This document shows positions 19,740 through 28,891 of a stretch of 64,000 bases of DNA, piece by piece. Origin of the DNA: Candidatus Aenigmatarchaeota archaeon (GTDB lineage: Archaea > Aenigmatarchaeota > Aenigmatarchaeia > QMZP01 > QMZT01); contig JAPLVC010000005.1 of the NCBI GenBank assembly GCA_026397315.1, forward strand, positions 33,737-97,736, written 5' to 3'. The position numbers and the translations under genes were made by a program. The notes under the pieces were generated by a model. It searched no databases. It saw only the letters and a program-made list of their open reading frames with translations, and was not told the origin of the DNA. Numbering within the stretch: position 1 is the first letter of the stretch; each line of letters starts with the position of its first letter.

Positions 19740-20504
19740 TTATCTGCCGTAAAGCCAGTTGAAAAGCCTGTAGCTCAACGGTATTCTCGGTGTGTAAGTT
19801 TCTCCTATAAGGCTGGCCGCTATGGCCCTTATGTGCTGCGCCGCTGGGGAACGCGGGTTGTAAACGACCACTGGCTCTTTCATGGCTATCGCCTTTCGTA
19901 CTTCCCTGTCTTCCGGTACTGTACCTATTATAGGAAGGCCTATCATCCTCTCTATATGTTCTGCCGGGAGCTCGTGTGTTTCGTTTTTTACCCTGTTGAG
20001 AATTATGCCAAGGTTGTGTGTTGAATACTTGCTTGCCAACATGACAAGCTTGAATGCGTCCGTGACTGCCGGGAGCTCCGGGTTTGTCACTGTCAATAGC
20101 TCGTCGGCCGCTTCCATGGCTGCCATGGATTCCTTGCCCAACCCGGCTGGAGTATCGATGAGTATGAAATCATGCCCTTCGAGCAGCTTGTAAAGCACGT
20201 CGATATAATGATGGGATTTTATGTTCTTTGTTTTTCTCAAGGATATGTCTGCAGGTATGACCTTGAAGCCGGTTTTATGTGTGTAAAGAACGTCGCTGAC
20301 CTTTGCCCTGCCTTCAAAAACATCATGTATGGTTTTAGGATACAAATGCATGCCGAGATGCAGTGCCAAATTCGATGTTGTCAGGTTGGCATCGACAGCC
20401 ACTACCGATTTGCCATATTGCGCCAAAGCCGCGGCGAGATTCGCGACGAGCGTCGTTTTGCCCACTCCGCCTTTGCCAGAAGAAATTGCTATTATGCGTG
20501 TCAT
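19740..20504 (-). CDS. minD: MinD family ATPase
   Basis: SSGKGGVGKTT deviant Walker A, IDTPAG, VTNPE, LNRV. Confidence 0.9.
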   Translation of the reverse strand: MTRIIAISSGKGGVGKTTLVANLAAALAQYGKSVVAVDANLTTSNLALHLGMHLYPKTIHDVFEGRAKVSDVLYTHKTGFKVIPADISLRKTKNIKSHHYIDVLYKLLEGHDFILIDTPAGLGKESMAAMEAADELLTVTNPELPAVTDAFKLVMLASKYSTHNLGIILNRVKNETHELPAEHIERMIGLPIIGTVPEDREVRKAIAMKEPVVVYNPRSPAAQHIRAIAASLIGETYTPRIPLSYRLFNWLYGR

Positions 20505-20557
20505 GCTATAGTCTTGTCTTCAAAAAGTTATAAAACTATCTTGTCAGAAACGCGGAG

Positions 20558-20664
20558 CGGACCTGGGGGGATTTTCGCTTAAGTCTTTTGGTTAAAAGAC
20601 TCGTTTCGAACCCCCGACCTTTAGCTTAGGAGGCTACTGCTCTATCCAACTGAGCTACAGGCCC
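20558..20664 (-). tRNA. tRNA-Arg(CCT) with 33-nt non-canonical intron at position 59/60 (20572-20604)
   Basis: Acceptor GGGCCTG/CAGGTCC, D-arm GCTC/GAGC, anticodon loop CT-CCT-AA, T-stem GGGGG/CCCCC interrupted by a perfect BHB; CCA not encoded. Confidence 0.92.
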
Positions 20665-20693
20665 GTCGCTTCACCAGCAGCCGGTGTTTAATG

Positions 20694-22241
20694 TTATAGT
20701 TTGAACAGGTTTTTAAAGAAGTTTATCACGCTATCTAGCGCCGAAGAGAACCAGTCGTCGTTTGTTTTTGAGATTATTTTTCCGGTGGGCAGGTTTATCG
20801 CGGCGCCATTTCTAGTATCGTTTTTTGAGCCATTTTTATCCGGAATATCTTTTGTTTTTTCAACATCCTTTGCCTGCTCCGTGTTATTAAGAAAATAATT
20901 TTTCAGCGCGGCGCCGTCACTATTTGAATTTTTCCCAGTAGCCTTTCCGCTAGTTACATTGCATGCCGTCTTGTTTTCGCATTTGCACGCCTGGCATGGC
21001 GGGCAGGAACACGGTTTAGAGGTTTCGATTGTTTTTGTCTTACATAAAGAAGTTGCCTGGCCTTCTATTTTTAGTTCTCCATAGTCTTGCGAATCAAGGC
21101 CTTCAATTCTGATCGCATAGCTTCCGTTCGCATAATTGCCGTCGCAGTTGGGGTTTATTTGCAGCGGGACCGTAACTGTCTGGTTGGAAAATTTTTCATA
21201 AACGTTAAGATTCGCCTTTGCTATTTTTGTTCCGGCTGCATTTTCTATCCAGATATCTATTGAACTCTTTGTCGTGTCGCCCTTGTAAACATTTACGACA
21301 ATATCCACCACGTCTCCGAACTTTGCTTTTTTATCGGAGCCTGCGTCGATTTCCAGTATTTTTATTGATGATTCTTTTGCCAGTGGTTCACCGCCGACCA
21401 CGACGATTTTGTCCGCATGGTTGTTGGAAGCGTCGGTGTCGTTGCATCCGAAAACAGAAAGCTGCGCCATGATGCGATACGCTTCGGTTCCTTTTGTCGC
21501 TGGAGGCGTCCACTCCCTGGAGATGTTTTCATCACATTCCATGACTGTGGTAGAGTTGTGTTTTGCTTTGATGTGCTCGCCGAACAAATCCTCTATCCAG
21601 TATTCTATGACAACGTCTTTTTCCACGCACGACTCGTCTTTTAAAAGAAGAAGATAATTCTGCTTTTCACCCGAATTGAAAAACTGTTCTGATGCTATTG
21701 CAATTGATACGTCGCACGAATCCGCACCGGTCTCATTGGTCTGGTTGGATGGTTCGCTCGCACATATGTTTTCGTGACCGGGGGTCGATACATTCTGCTG
21801 AACTAATGCATCCGCGCAAATACCATAAGAAACATTCACATCAGGCCCTGAATATACGATGCTCTGGATAGCAACTAAATCTTTGTAGAGAGTTATGTTG
21901 TTCCCAGTGTTCGTCAGCCTCATTGACTTGCTCTCCAGCAGTTTAGCGCCTTCTGTATTCCACATCTCGCCAAATACGCTGGCGTTTCTTGTGATTAACA
22001 AATATTCTCCGGCTGAAAGCGAAATGCTAATTATCGTCTGGTATTTGCCAGTCTCCAGCATAAGGCTCTCCGCTTCGACTGGCTCGCTTATAAAAATTTC
22101 CAGCCACTCGGAACAGTCGGAGCAGTTATCGGCCGGGTCTGGCATGAACTCGCTCACGAAAACTGCCTGCGAACTTCCTGCCAAAATCAGGAAAAAGAAA
22201 GGCGTTATGGATAAAATGAGCAGTTCCGAAGCCTGTTTCAT
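20694..22241 (-). CDS. secreted lamin-tail-domain (LTD) and Ig-like surface protein
   Basis: Signal peptide; VFVSEFMPDP...SEWLEIF LTD signature; LTNTG, STPG; Cys-rich linker; TGKII motif and amphipathic C-terminus. Confidence 0.75.
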   Translation of the reverse strand: MKQASELLILSITPFFFLILAGSSQAVFVSEFMPDPADNCSDCSEWLEIFISEPVEAESLMLETGKYQTIISISLSAGEYLLITRNASVFGEMWNTEGAKLLESKSMRLTNTGNNITLYKDLVAIQSIVYSGPDVNVSYGICADALVQQNVSTPGHENICASEPSNQTNETGADSCDVSIAIASEQFFNSGEKQNYLLLLKDESCVEKDVVIEYWIEDLFGEHIKAKHNSTTVMECDENISREWTPPATKGTEAYRIMAQLSVFGCNDTDASNNHADKIVVVGGEPLAKESSIKILEIDAGSDKKAKFGDVVDIVVNVYKGDTTKSSIDIWIENAAGTKIAKANLNVYEKFSNQTVTVPLQINPNCDGNYANGSYAIRIEGLDSQDYGELKIEGQATSLCKTKTIETSKPCSCPPCQACKCENKTACNVTSGKATGKNSNSDGAALKNYFLNNTEQAKDVEKTKDIPDKNGSKNDTRNGAAINLPTGKIISKTNDDWFSSALDSVINFFKNLFKL

Positions 22242-22273
22242 GAAATAATTGTGAAATATATGTTAAAATAGTT

Positions 22274-22297
22274 ATGTTTAAACATATGTTTAAACGT
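22274..22297. promoter_or_regulatory. tandem ATGTTTAAAC(AT) palindromic motif
   Basis: ATGTTTAAACAT-ATGTTTAAACGT, 12-bp period, upstream of the LTD gene; same motif at 30581 and 63848. Confidence 0.5.
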
Positions 22298-22308
22298 TTT
22301 TCAATGTT

Positions 22309-22839
22309 TCATCTGCAGTCTGAACAAATCCATCTGCCGTCCGTGTTCCTTAATTCCTCGGAAAATTCACTACACTTCTCGCAAATGCCGGAAATTACCT
22401 GATTGGGGCGTGCGACTATTTCTGCCCTGGCTTTTAGCCTCTCCGAAAGGATTTCGACAAGCTCCGGCGAGACAGTTATTATTTCCTTTGTCGAGACTAT
22501 GCCTTTCAGCTCGCCGTTCTCCACGACCGGAAATCTTTTATAGCCGGTCTTGAGCATTTTTTTGGCGACCTTCATCATGCTCTCGTCAGAAGAAATGGTG
22601 ATGAAAGGCCTTTTCATGCTGGTCCAGTAATCTCCGGCCTTGACTTTCTTGAGGTCCTTCTCCTTTGCCACTAGCGTGACTATGTCGTTTGTTGTTATGA
22701 GGCCGATGGGCTTGTTTTCGCTGATTATGACCACGCAACCGATCTTGTTATTCGTAAGGATTTTGGCTATGGTGGACATGTTCATTTTAGGGTCAACGGT
22801 GACCACGTGCTTCTTCATTACATCTCTTACTCTTATCAT
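22309..22839 (-). CDS. CBS-pair protein with C-terminal zinc ribbon
   Basis: VRDVM, IGLITTNDI, RFPVV, GIVS; C-terminal GICEKC...WICSDC. Confidence 0.9.
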   Translation of the reverse strand: MIRVRDVMKKHVVTVDPKMNMSTIAKILTNNKIGCVVIISENKPIGLITTNDIVTLVAKEKDLKKVKAGDYWTSMKRPFITISSDESMMKVAKKMLKTGYKRFPVVENGELKGIVSTKEIITVSPELVEILSERLKARAEIVARPNQVISGICEKCSEFSEELRNTDGRWICSDCR

Positions 22840-22914
22840 CGAAAACACCCCGATTATATTCACTGGCCAAACTTTTTAAACATGTTTTATGGCATCATTG
22901 CTAGCGCAATTCCG

Positions 22915-25653
22915 CTACTTTTTGGCTTTTTCCTTTATCTTCGCCTGGGCAGCGGACAACCTTGCTACCGGAATCCTGAAAGGAGAACAGGATACATAGT
23001 CCATGCCTATTCTATGGCAGAATTCTATGGTCCTTGGGTCGCCGCCATGCTCACCGCATATGCCGATTTCCAGGTTCTTTCTGGCTTTTCTGCCGCGTTC
23101 TATGCCTATCTTCATGATGTCGCCTACGCCCTGCTGGTCGATTGTCTGGAACGGATCTTCGGCAAGTATGCCTTTTTTCAGATAGTCCTGCAGGAAGCTG
23201 CCTATGTCGTCGCGCGAGAAGCCGAAGCCCATCTGCGTCATGTCGTTCGTTCCGTAAGAAAAGAACTGCGCGACCTCGGCAAGCTTGTCGGCGACGAACG
23301 CCGCCCTAGGTATTTCTATCATCGTGCCGAACATGTGCCTTATCTGTTTTATTTTGTATTTGGCAAGCACGTCTTTGTAAACCCTCTCCACGATTTCGAG
23401 CTGATTTTTGAGCTCTTTGGCATCTGAAACGACTGCTATCATTATCTCCGGATATGGCTTCTTACCTTCATTTATGAGTTCCGCGGCCGCCTCGAAAATG
23501 GCGCGTATTTGCATCTCGGAAATTTCGGGGTATGTTATGCCCAGGCGCACGCCGCGGTGGCCCATCATGGGATTAGACTCATGAAGGTTCTCTGCTCGTG
23601 CTTCCAGCTCTTCCATGGTTATGCCCAGATTGCTGGCCAACTGCTGCAGCTTTTCTCTGTCTTTTGGCACAAACTCGTGCAGCGGTGGGTCAAGAAGGCG
23701 TATGACGACGGGCAGATTGTCCATCGCCAGAAGCGTTCCCTTTATGTCTTTTTTGACATATGGATAAAGCTCATCCAGCGCCTTTCTCCTCTCACTCTCT
23801 GTCTTTGAAACTATCATTTTGCGGAGCCTGAAAAGCGGCTCTTCAGAATTCTTGCCGTAGAACATATGCTCGGTCCTGAAAAGTCCGATACCTTCAGCAC
23901 CGAATTGTCTCGCCTTTTCCGCGTCTTCAGGCGTATCGGCATTTGTGCGGACGCCGAGCTTTCTTACTGAATCGCAAAGCCTAAGAAAATCGTTGAGCGG
24001 TTTGTTCTCTTTCATAGCATCCATCATGGGCAATCGTCCTTCGTACACGTTGCCTTTCGTGCCGTTGAGCGTCAGCCAGTCGCCTTCCCTGAGGATTGTG
24101 CCTTCCGCATGAAGCTCTTTTTTGGCGGCATCCACGTGCAACGCCCCTGCTCCGACGATGCAGCACTTGCCCCAGCCTCTCGCCACGAGCGCCGCGTGCG
24201 ACGTCATGCCGCCGCGGGCGGTGAGAATCGCCTGTGCTGCGCGCATTCCCTCGACGTCCTCAGGGTTCGTTTCCTCGCGCACAAGTATTACTTTCTTACC
24301 TTGCCTGGCCCATTCCACCGCGTCTTTTGCCGTGAAAACAATCTGGCCATTCGCCCCTCCTGGCCCGGCAGGAAGACCTTTGGCGACGACCTTGCATTTC
24401 GCCTCTGCCTTGGTGTCGACTATGGGATGTAGCAGTTCGTCGAGCTGCGAAGGTGTCACGCGCATAATGGCTTCATCTTTCGTGATGAGTTTCTCTTTTA
24501 GCATGTCCATTGCCATGCGCACAGCGGCCGGACCGTTCCTCTTGCCGATGCGGCACTGCAGCATGTAAAGTTTGTCGCGCTCTATCGTAAATTCTATGTC
24601 CTGCATGTCGCGATAATGACTCTCGAGTTTTTTCTGATACGTGAAAAGCTCCTTGTAAAGATGCGGCATGGTTTTCTCCAGTGTGACCAGCGTTCTGTTG
24701 TGCTCCGATTTAGAATATTCATTTATCGGTGCAGGCGTACGTATGCCAGCAACGACGTCCTCTCCTTGGGCATTTATCAGGTATTCCCCGTAGAAGTCAT
24801 TTTCACCGTTGCCTGGGTTTCGCGTGAAAGCCACACCAGTCGCCGAATCGTTGCCCATGTTGCCGAAAACCATCGTTTGCACGTTGACTGCAGTCCCCCA
24901 TTCGTCAGGTATGTTTTCGATGCGGCGATAGCTGACGGCGCGCTTGCCGTTCCATGACGAGAAGACCGCACTTATCCCGCCCCACAGCTGCTCGTCCGGG
25001 TCGTCCGGGAAGTTCTTGCCGAGAATGTCTTTGACCTTGGTTTTGAAAAGCCAGCAAAGCTTCTTCAGGTCCTCCGCCGTAAGGTCTGTATCGCTTTTGC
25101 ATCCTTTTTCCTTTTTCACCTTGTCCATTATCTTTTCGAGTTGCTTGCGTATGCCGGACTCGTCGTCCTTGGGTTCTATGCCCGCCGCCTTTTCCATGAC
25201 GACGTCCGAGTACATCATAATAAGGCGCCTGTATGCATCGTAAACGAAGCGCTCGTTGCCGCCGCTCTGCTTGATCATGCCATGTATGGTTTTCGTGGTA
25301 AGACCGACGTTAAGGACGGTTTCCATCATGCCGGGCATCGACTTGCGCGCGCCGGAGCGCACCGAAACCAGAAGCGGGTTTGCGGGGTCGCCGAATTTCC
25401 TGTGCATGAGCTCCTCGATTTTTTTCATCGCTTTCCCCACTTCACTCTTAAGCTCCTTGGAATATTTTTTACCATTCTTGTAATAATACGTGCAGACTTC
25501 TGTTGTAATCGTAAAACCCGGAGGGACCGGAAGCCGCAAAGCAGGATGGCCCGCCATCTCTGCGAGATTCGCTCCCTTGCCGCCCAGCAGCTCCTTCATC
25601 TTCTCGTTGCCGTCAGCCTTTCCTCCGCCGAAAAAATAAACATGCTTCTTCAT
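22915..25653 (-). CDS. ppdK: pyruvate, phosphate dikinase
   Basis: LLGGKGANLAEM, SVRSGARKSMPGMM, phospho-His GGMTSHAA, GIGLFRTEHMF, GTNDMTQ, GICGEHGGDP. Confidence 0.97.
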   Translation of the reverse strand: MKKHVYFFGGGKADGNEKMKELLGGKGANLAEMAGHPALRLPVPPGFTITTEVCTYYYKNGKKYSKELKSEVGKAMKKIEELMHRKFGDPANPLLVSVRSGARKSMPGMMETVLNVGLTTKTIHGMIKQSGGNERFVYDAYRRLIMMYSDVVMEKAAGIEPKDDESGIRKQLEKIMDKVKKEKGCKSDTDLTAEDLKKLCWLFKTKVKDILGKNFPDDPDEQLWGGISAVFSSWNGKRAVSYRRIENIPDEWGTAVNVQTMVFGNMGNDSATGVAFTRNPGNGENDFYGEYLINAQGEDVVAGIRTPAPINEYSKSEHNRTLVTLEKTMPHLYKELFTYQKKLESHYRDMQDIEFTIERDKLYMLQCRIGKRNGPAAVRMAMDMLKEKLITKDEAIMRVTPSQLDELLHPIVDTKAEAKCKVVAKGLPAGPGGANGQIVFTAKDAVEWARQGKKVILVREETNPEDVEGMRAAQAILTARGGMTSHAALVARGWGKCCIVGAGALHVDAAKKELHAEGTILREGDWLTLNGTKGNVYEGRLPMMDAMKENKPLNDFLRLCDSVRKLGVRTNADTPEDAEKARQFGAEGIGLFRTEHMFYGKNSEEPLFRLRKMIVSKTESERRKALDELYPYVKKDIKGTLLAMDNLPVVIRLLDPPLHEFVPKDREKLQQLASNLGITMEELEARAENLHESNPMMGHRGVRLGITYPEISEMQIRAIFEAAAELINEGKKPYPEIMIAVVSDAKELKNQLEIVERVYKDVLAKYKIKQIRHMFGTMIEIPRAAFVADKLAEVAQFFSYGTNDMTQMGFGFSRDDIGSFLQDYLKKGILAEDPFQTIDQQGVGDIMKIGIERGRKARKNLEIGICGEHGGDPRTIEFCHRIGMDYVSCSPFRIPVARLSAAQAKIKEKAKK

Positions 25654-25733
25654 ATTATCACCCTCAAATTAGATTAAACCTTTTGGTCTTTTTAATTTAA
25701 AAATATATATTAGACCCGGCCCAACGTATATAT

Positions 25734-26216
25734 ATGGGCAAGAAAGGCATATCGCCAGTTATAGCCAGCGTCCTTCTCATAGGCATAACTGTGGCGGTTG
25801 GTGTGATGCTTTCTTCGTGGATAACGCACTGGATAAGCAACAAGACCCAGGACATAAGCAGCGCCTGTGCCACGAGCACCAACTACAAGATAGATTCCGT
25901 TATATATTCAGCAGCCACCAAGAACATGACTATAATGCTGACTAACATGGGAAGCGTCGAACTTTATGGTTTCAGCGTCCAGATTATGAACGGAACCGAG
26001 GTTATAGTTTATAACTACACTGATACTAAATTTAAAATAAGTCCCAATATAACGCAGGACATGCCGCTCAAGCAGCAGAGATCTGCGATAATAATAGTAT
26101 CCCTTGACAACAGCGGATACGAAGCCGGCCTCGGCGAGACGGCCGATATGGTAAAGGTTCTCAACAGCGCCTGCCCGGCATTTTCGCTTGAAACGAGAAC
26201 CGTGACAAAGGAGTGA
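25734..26216 (+). CDS. archaeal type IV pilin
   Basis: MGKKG/ISPVIASVLLIGITVAVG class III signal peptide. Confidence 0.9.
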   Translation: MGKKGISPVIASVLLIGITVAVGVMLSSWITHWISNKTQDISSACATSTNYKIDSVIYSAATKNMTIMLTNMGSVELYGFSVQIMNGTEVIVYNYTDTKFKISPNITQDMPLKQQRSAIIIVSLDNSGYEAGLGETADMVKVLNSACPAFSLETRTVTKE

Positions 26217-26659
26217 TGTGCATGATGAGGAAAGGTATATCCCCGCTGATAGCGACTATAATGTTAATAGCTTTTACTATGATTGTTGCAGGTATAATCG
26301 CAGGCTGGGCGACGCAGTTTGTGACGCAGAGCCGTTCGGAGCTGCAGTTCTGCTCCAAGGCTCAGATGCTGATACAAAGGGCGTATTACGATAACACGTC
26401 AAAAACGCTCACTCTTGCGCTTTTCAACACGGGTGACGTTCCTCTTGACGGTTTCTCCGTGAGGATTACCTACAACAACGAGACCATAACCTCCGAGAAA
26501 TTCGAGGACCTTAACATATCATATCAGGAGATAAAGACCGCGGTCGTGCTTACTGACGACACGCTCAAACAGATAGCAGTACAATCCCTGCAATGCAGGG
26601 GCGCGCAGGATATGATAAACAGGTATGACGTCCAGGGCATAGGCTTCAAGTCGTTCTAA
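26213..26659 (+). CDS. archaeal type IV pilin
   Basis: MRKG/ISPLIATIMLIAFTMIVAG class III signal peptide; NTG motif. Confidence 0.9.
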   Translation: MMCMMRKGISPLIATIMLIAFTMIVAGIIAGWATQFVTQSRSELQFCSKAQMLIQRAYYDNTSKTLTLALFNTGDVPLDGFSVRITYNNETITSEKFEDLNISYQEIKTAVVLTDDTLKQIAVQSLQCRGAQDMINRYDVQGIGFKSF

Positions 26660-26702
26660 CGCCCTCTACGTTCTTTTTTATTTACCTTTCACAATTCTTT
26701 TT

Positions 26703-27113
26703 ATGAAATTCCGGTTCGTCAAGGACCTGACTTCGGACGTCGTGTTCGAGGCGTTCGGCAAGGACAATAAAGAGCTTTTCGAAAACGCAGGCCTTGCCCT
26801 CATGAGCGTCATATGTCAGGTGGATAAAATAGCACCGCTGCTTTCCAAAGACGTGGAAGTCGAAGGTGAAAACGAAAAAGACCTGCTGTTCAACTGGCTG
26901 CAGAAGCTCATAGAGATGGTTGACATCGAAAACGTTTTCTTCTCCAAATTCGAGATCAAAAAAATCAGCGGCAAACACATGATCGTCAAATGTTTTGGCG
27001 AAGGCTCCGACCCCAGCAGGGGTGGTACGCTTGTCAAAGCAGTGACTTATTACAAGTTCAACATCGAAAAAACAAATGACGGCTTCAAGGCTACTGTGAG
27101 CCTGGATATATGA
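26703..27113 (+). CDS. archease
   Basis: TSDVVFEAFG, LFENAGLAL, VKAVTYY, terminal LDI. Confidence 0.93.
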   Translation: MKFRFVKDLTSDVVFEAFGKDNKELFENAGLALMSVICQVDKIAPLLSKDVEVEGENEKDLLFNWLQKLIEMVDIENVFFSKFEIKKISGKHMIVKCFGEGSDPSRGGTLVKAVTYYKFNIEKTNDGFKATVSLDI

Positions 27114-27114
27114 A

Positions 27115-28527
27115 CTAGCCTTTGCAAACGCCGATCGGCAGCGCCTTTGCGACCTTGAGCGAGATTCCCATGCCATGTACGCTTTCTATCACGTCGTCGA
27201 CGTTCTTGTAAGCGCCTGGCGCTTCCTCTGCGAGGACTTCGGGATGCGTTGATTGGGCGACGATGCCCTTTTTCGCGAGGTCGTCCTTGACCTTCCCGCC
27301 CCAGAACTTCTTTATCGCGTCGTTTCTTGACATTGCCCTACCGGCGCCGTGCACGGTCGAACCGAATGTCTTCTCTAGCGAAATTTCCGTACCTTTCAGG
27401 ATGTAGCTTGACGTTCCCATGGTGCCTGCTATGAGCACCGGGTCTCCCGGGAAGCTACGCGTCGACCCTTTCCTGTGGACGTAAACCTTGCGTTTTTTGC
27501 CGTCTATTTTGTGTTCTTCTATCTTCACGACATTGTGGCAGAGACCGTAAAGCGTGTGCATGCCCATGGATTCCCAATCTCGGCCGAATACTTTTTCGAA
27601 CGTTTCGCGTATCCACTGGGTCATGACCAGGCGGTTCGTGAAGGAATAGTTCACGGCGCATTTCATCGCGGAAAAATAATCCTGGGCTTCCTGTGTTTTC
27701 GCCGGCGCGCATGCCAGCTGCCTGTCAGGAAGCCATATTTTGTATTTATCTACCGCCTTCTCCTGTATTTTCAGGTAGTCAGTCGCCACTTGATGGCCGA
27801 GGCCGCGCGAGCCGCAGTGCAGCATTATGAGGATCTGGTCCGACTTTTCTATACCCCATTTGCTAGCGACTTGTGCATCGTAAATTTCTGAAACCTTCTG
27901 TATTTCCAGAAAATGGTTCCCGGCGCCGAGCGTTCCCAGCTGCTCGAGCCCGCGCTTTTTCGCGAGGTCTGAAACCTTTTTCGGGTCGCCGCCTTCCATG
28001 CATCCTTTTTCTTCCATGTGTTCCCTGTCGCTGGCGACGCCGTAGCCGTTTTCTATCGCCCAATTAACGCCGTGCGTGAGGACTTGCGCAAGCTGGTCAT
28101 GCGTTAGTTTAAGCCTTCCATGAGCACCTACGCCACATGGTATTGCCTTGAAAAGGGCTGATATAAGTTCGTTGAGCTTCGGTTTCACTTCATCATAAGT
28201 GAGGCTGGTGCGTATGGAATTAACGCCACAGTTTATGTCGAAGCCGCACAAGCCTGAAGAAATTACACCTTCGTCAAAATCGAATGCAGATACCGCACCC
28301 ATAGGGAGACCGTAGCCCCAGTGCATGTCTGGAAGGCCGATTACAGGCTCCATCACGCCAGGCAGGCAGGCGACATTGGTGAGCTGTTCGATGGCAGCGT
28401 CTTCGAGGCCGTTTATGATCTGGCTGTTGCCCACGATTTTTGCCTTCACGTTCATCTTGGGTCTGACGTTTTTGTCAAGTTCCCACTCATAACCGGAAAT
28501 CTGTTTCAGTTTGTTTTTCATCGTCAT
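27115..28527 (-). CDS. rtcB: tRNA-splicing ligase RtcB
   Basis: PDMHWGYGLPMG, GFDINCGV, GNHFLE, HCGSRG, HN, HRKG, HGAGR. Confidence 0.97.
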   Translation of the reverse strand: MTMKNKLKQISGYEWELDKNVRPKMNVKAKIVGNSQIINGLEDAAIEQLTNVACLPGVMEPVIGLPDMHWGYGLPMGAVSAFDFDEGVISSGLCGFDINCGVNSIRTSLTYDEVKPKLNELISALFKAIPCGVGAHGRLKLTHDQLAQVLTHGVNWAIENGYGVASDREHMEEKGCMEGGDPKKVSDLAKKRGLEQLGTLGAGNHFLEIQKVSEIYDAQVASKWGIEKSDQILIMLHCGSRGLGHQVATDYLKIQEKAVDKYKIWLPDRQLACAPAKTQEAQDYFSAMKCAVNYSFTNRLVMTQWIRETFEKVFGRDWESMGMHTLYGLCHNVVKIEEHKIDGKKRKVYVHRKGSTRSFPGDPVLIAGTMGTSSYILKGTEISLEKTFGSTVHGAGRAMSRNDAIKKFWGGKVKDDLAKKGIVAQSTHPEVLAEEAPGAYKNVDDVIESVHGMGISLKVAKALPIGVCKG

Positions 28528-28629
28528 GTGCTCCCTCCAGAACTATGATGCGTTATTAATATTTAAAATAGTTTTTCTTATATAGGGTCATCAATTAATA
28601 TATTAATGATATTGAAGGCAGGTGAATAA

Positions 28630-28884
28630 ATGAGCAGTAAACAATTCTACAAAAGAGGGTGGCACCACAACAAAGGCAGAGGAAGGGAAACGTCTGTCAC
28701 ATGCGGTTTCTGCGGAAGGATTGTGCCAAAATACAAGACCTTTGCTGTTTACAGGGGATTTTCCATAACCGACCCTTCTCTCAGAAGTGAGCTTGGTGGA
28801 AGAGGCGGCTCCTTATTTTCAACCAAATTGTATGCGTGCCCTGGTTGTGCGAGGCATAGAAGGATTATAAAGAAAAAGAGATGA
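28630..28884 (+). CDS. rps26e: 30S ribosomal protein eS26
   Basis: KGRGRETSVTCGFCGRIVPKYK...YACPGCARHRRII matches the eS26 CxxC...CxxCAxH zinc-binding pattern. Confidence 0.85.
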   Translation: MSSKQFYKRGWHHNKGRGRETSVTCGFCGRIVPKYKTFAVYRGFSITDPSLRSELGGRGGSLFSTKLYACPGCARHRRIIKKKR

Positions 28885-28891
28885 CGGTGCA

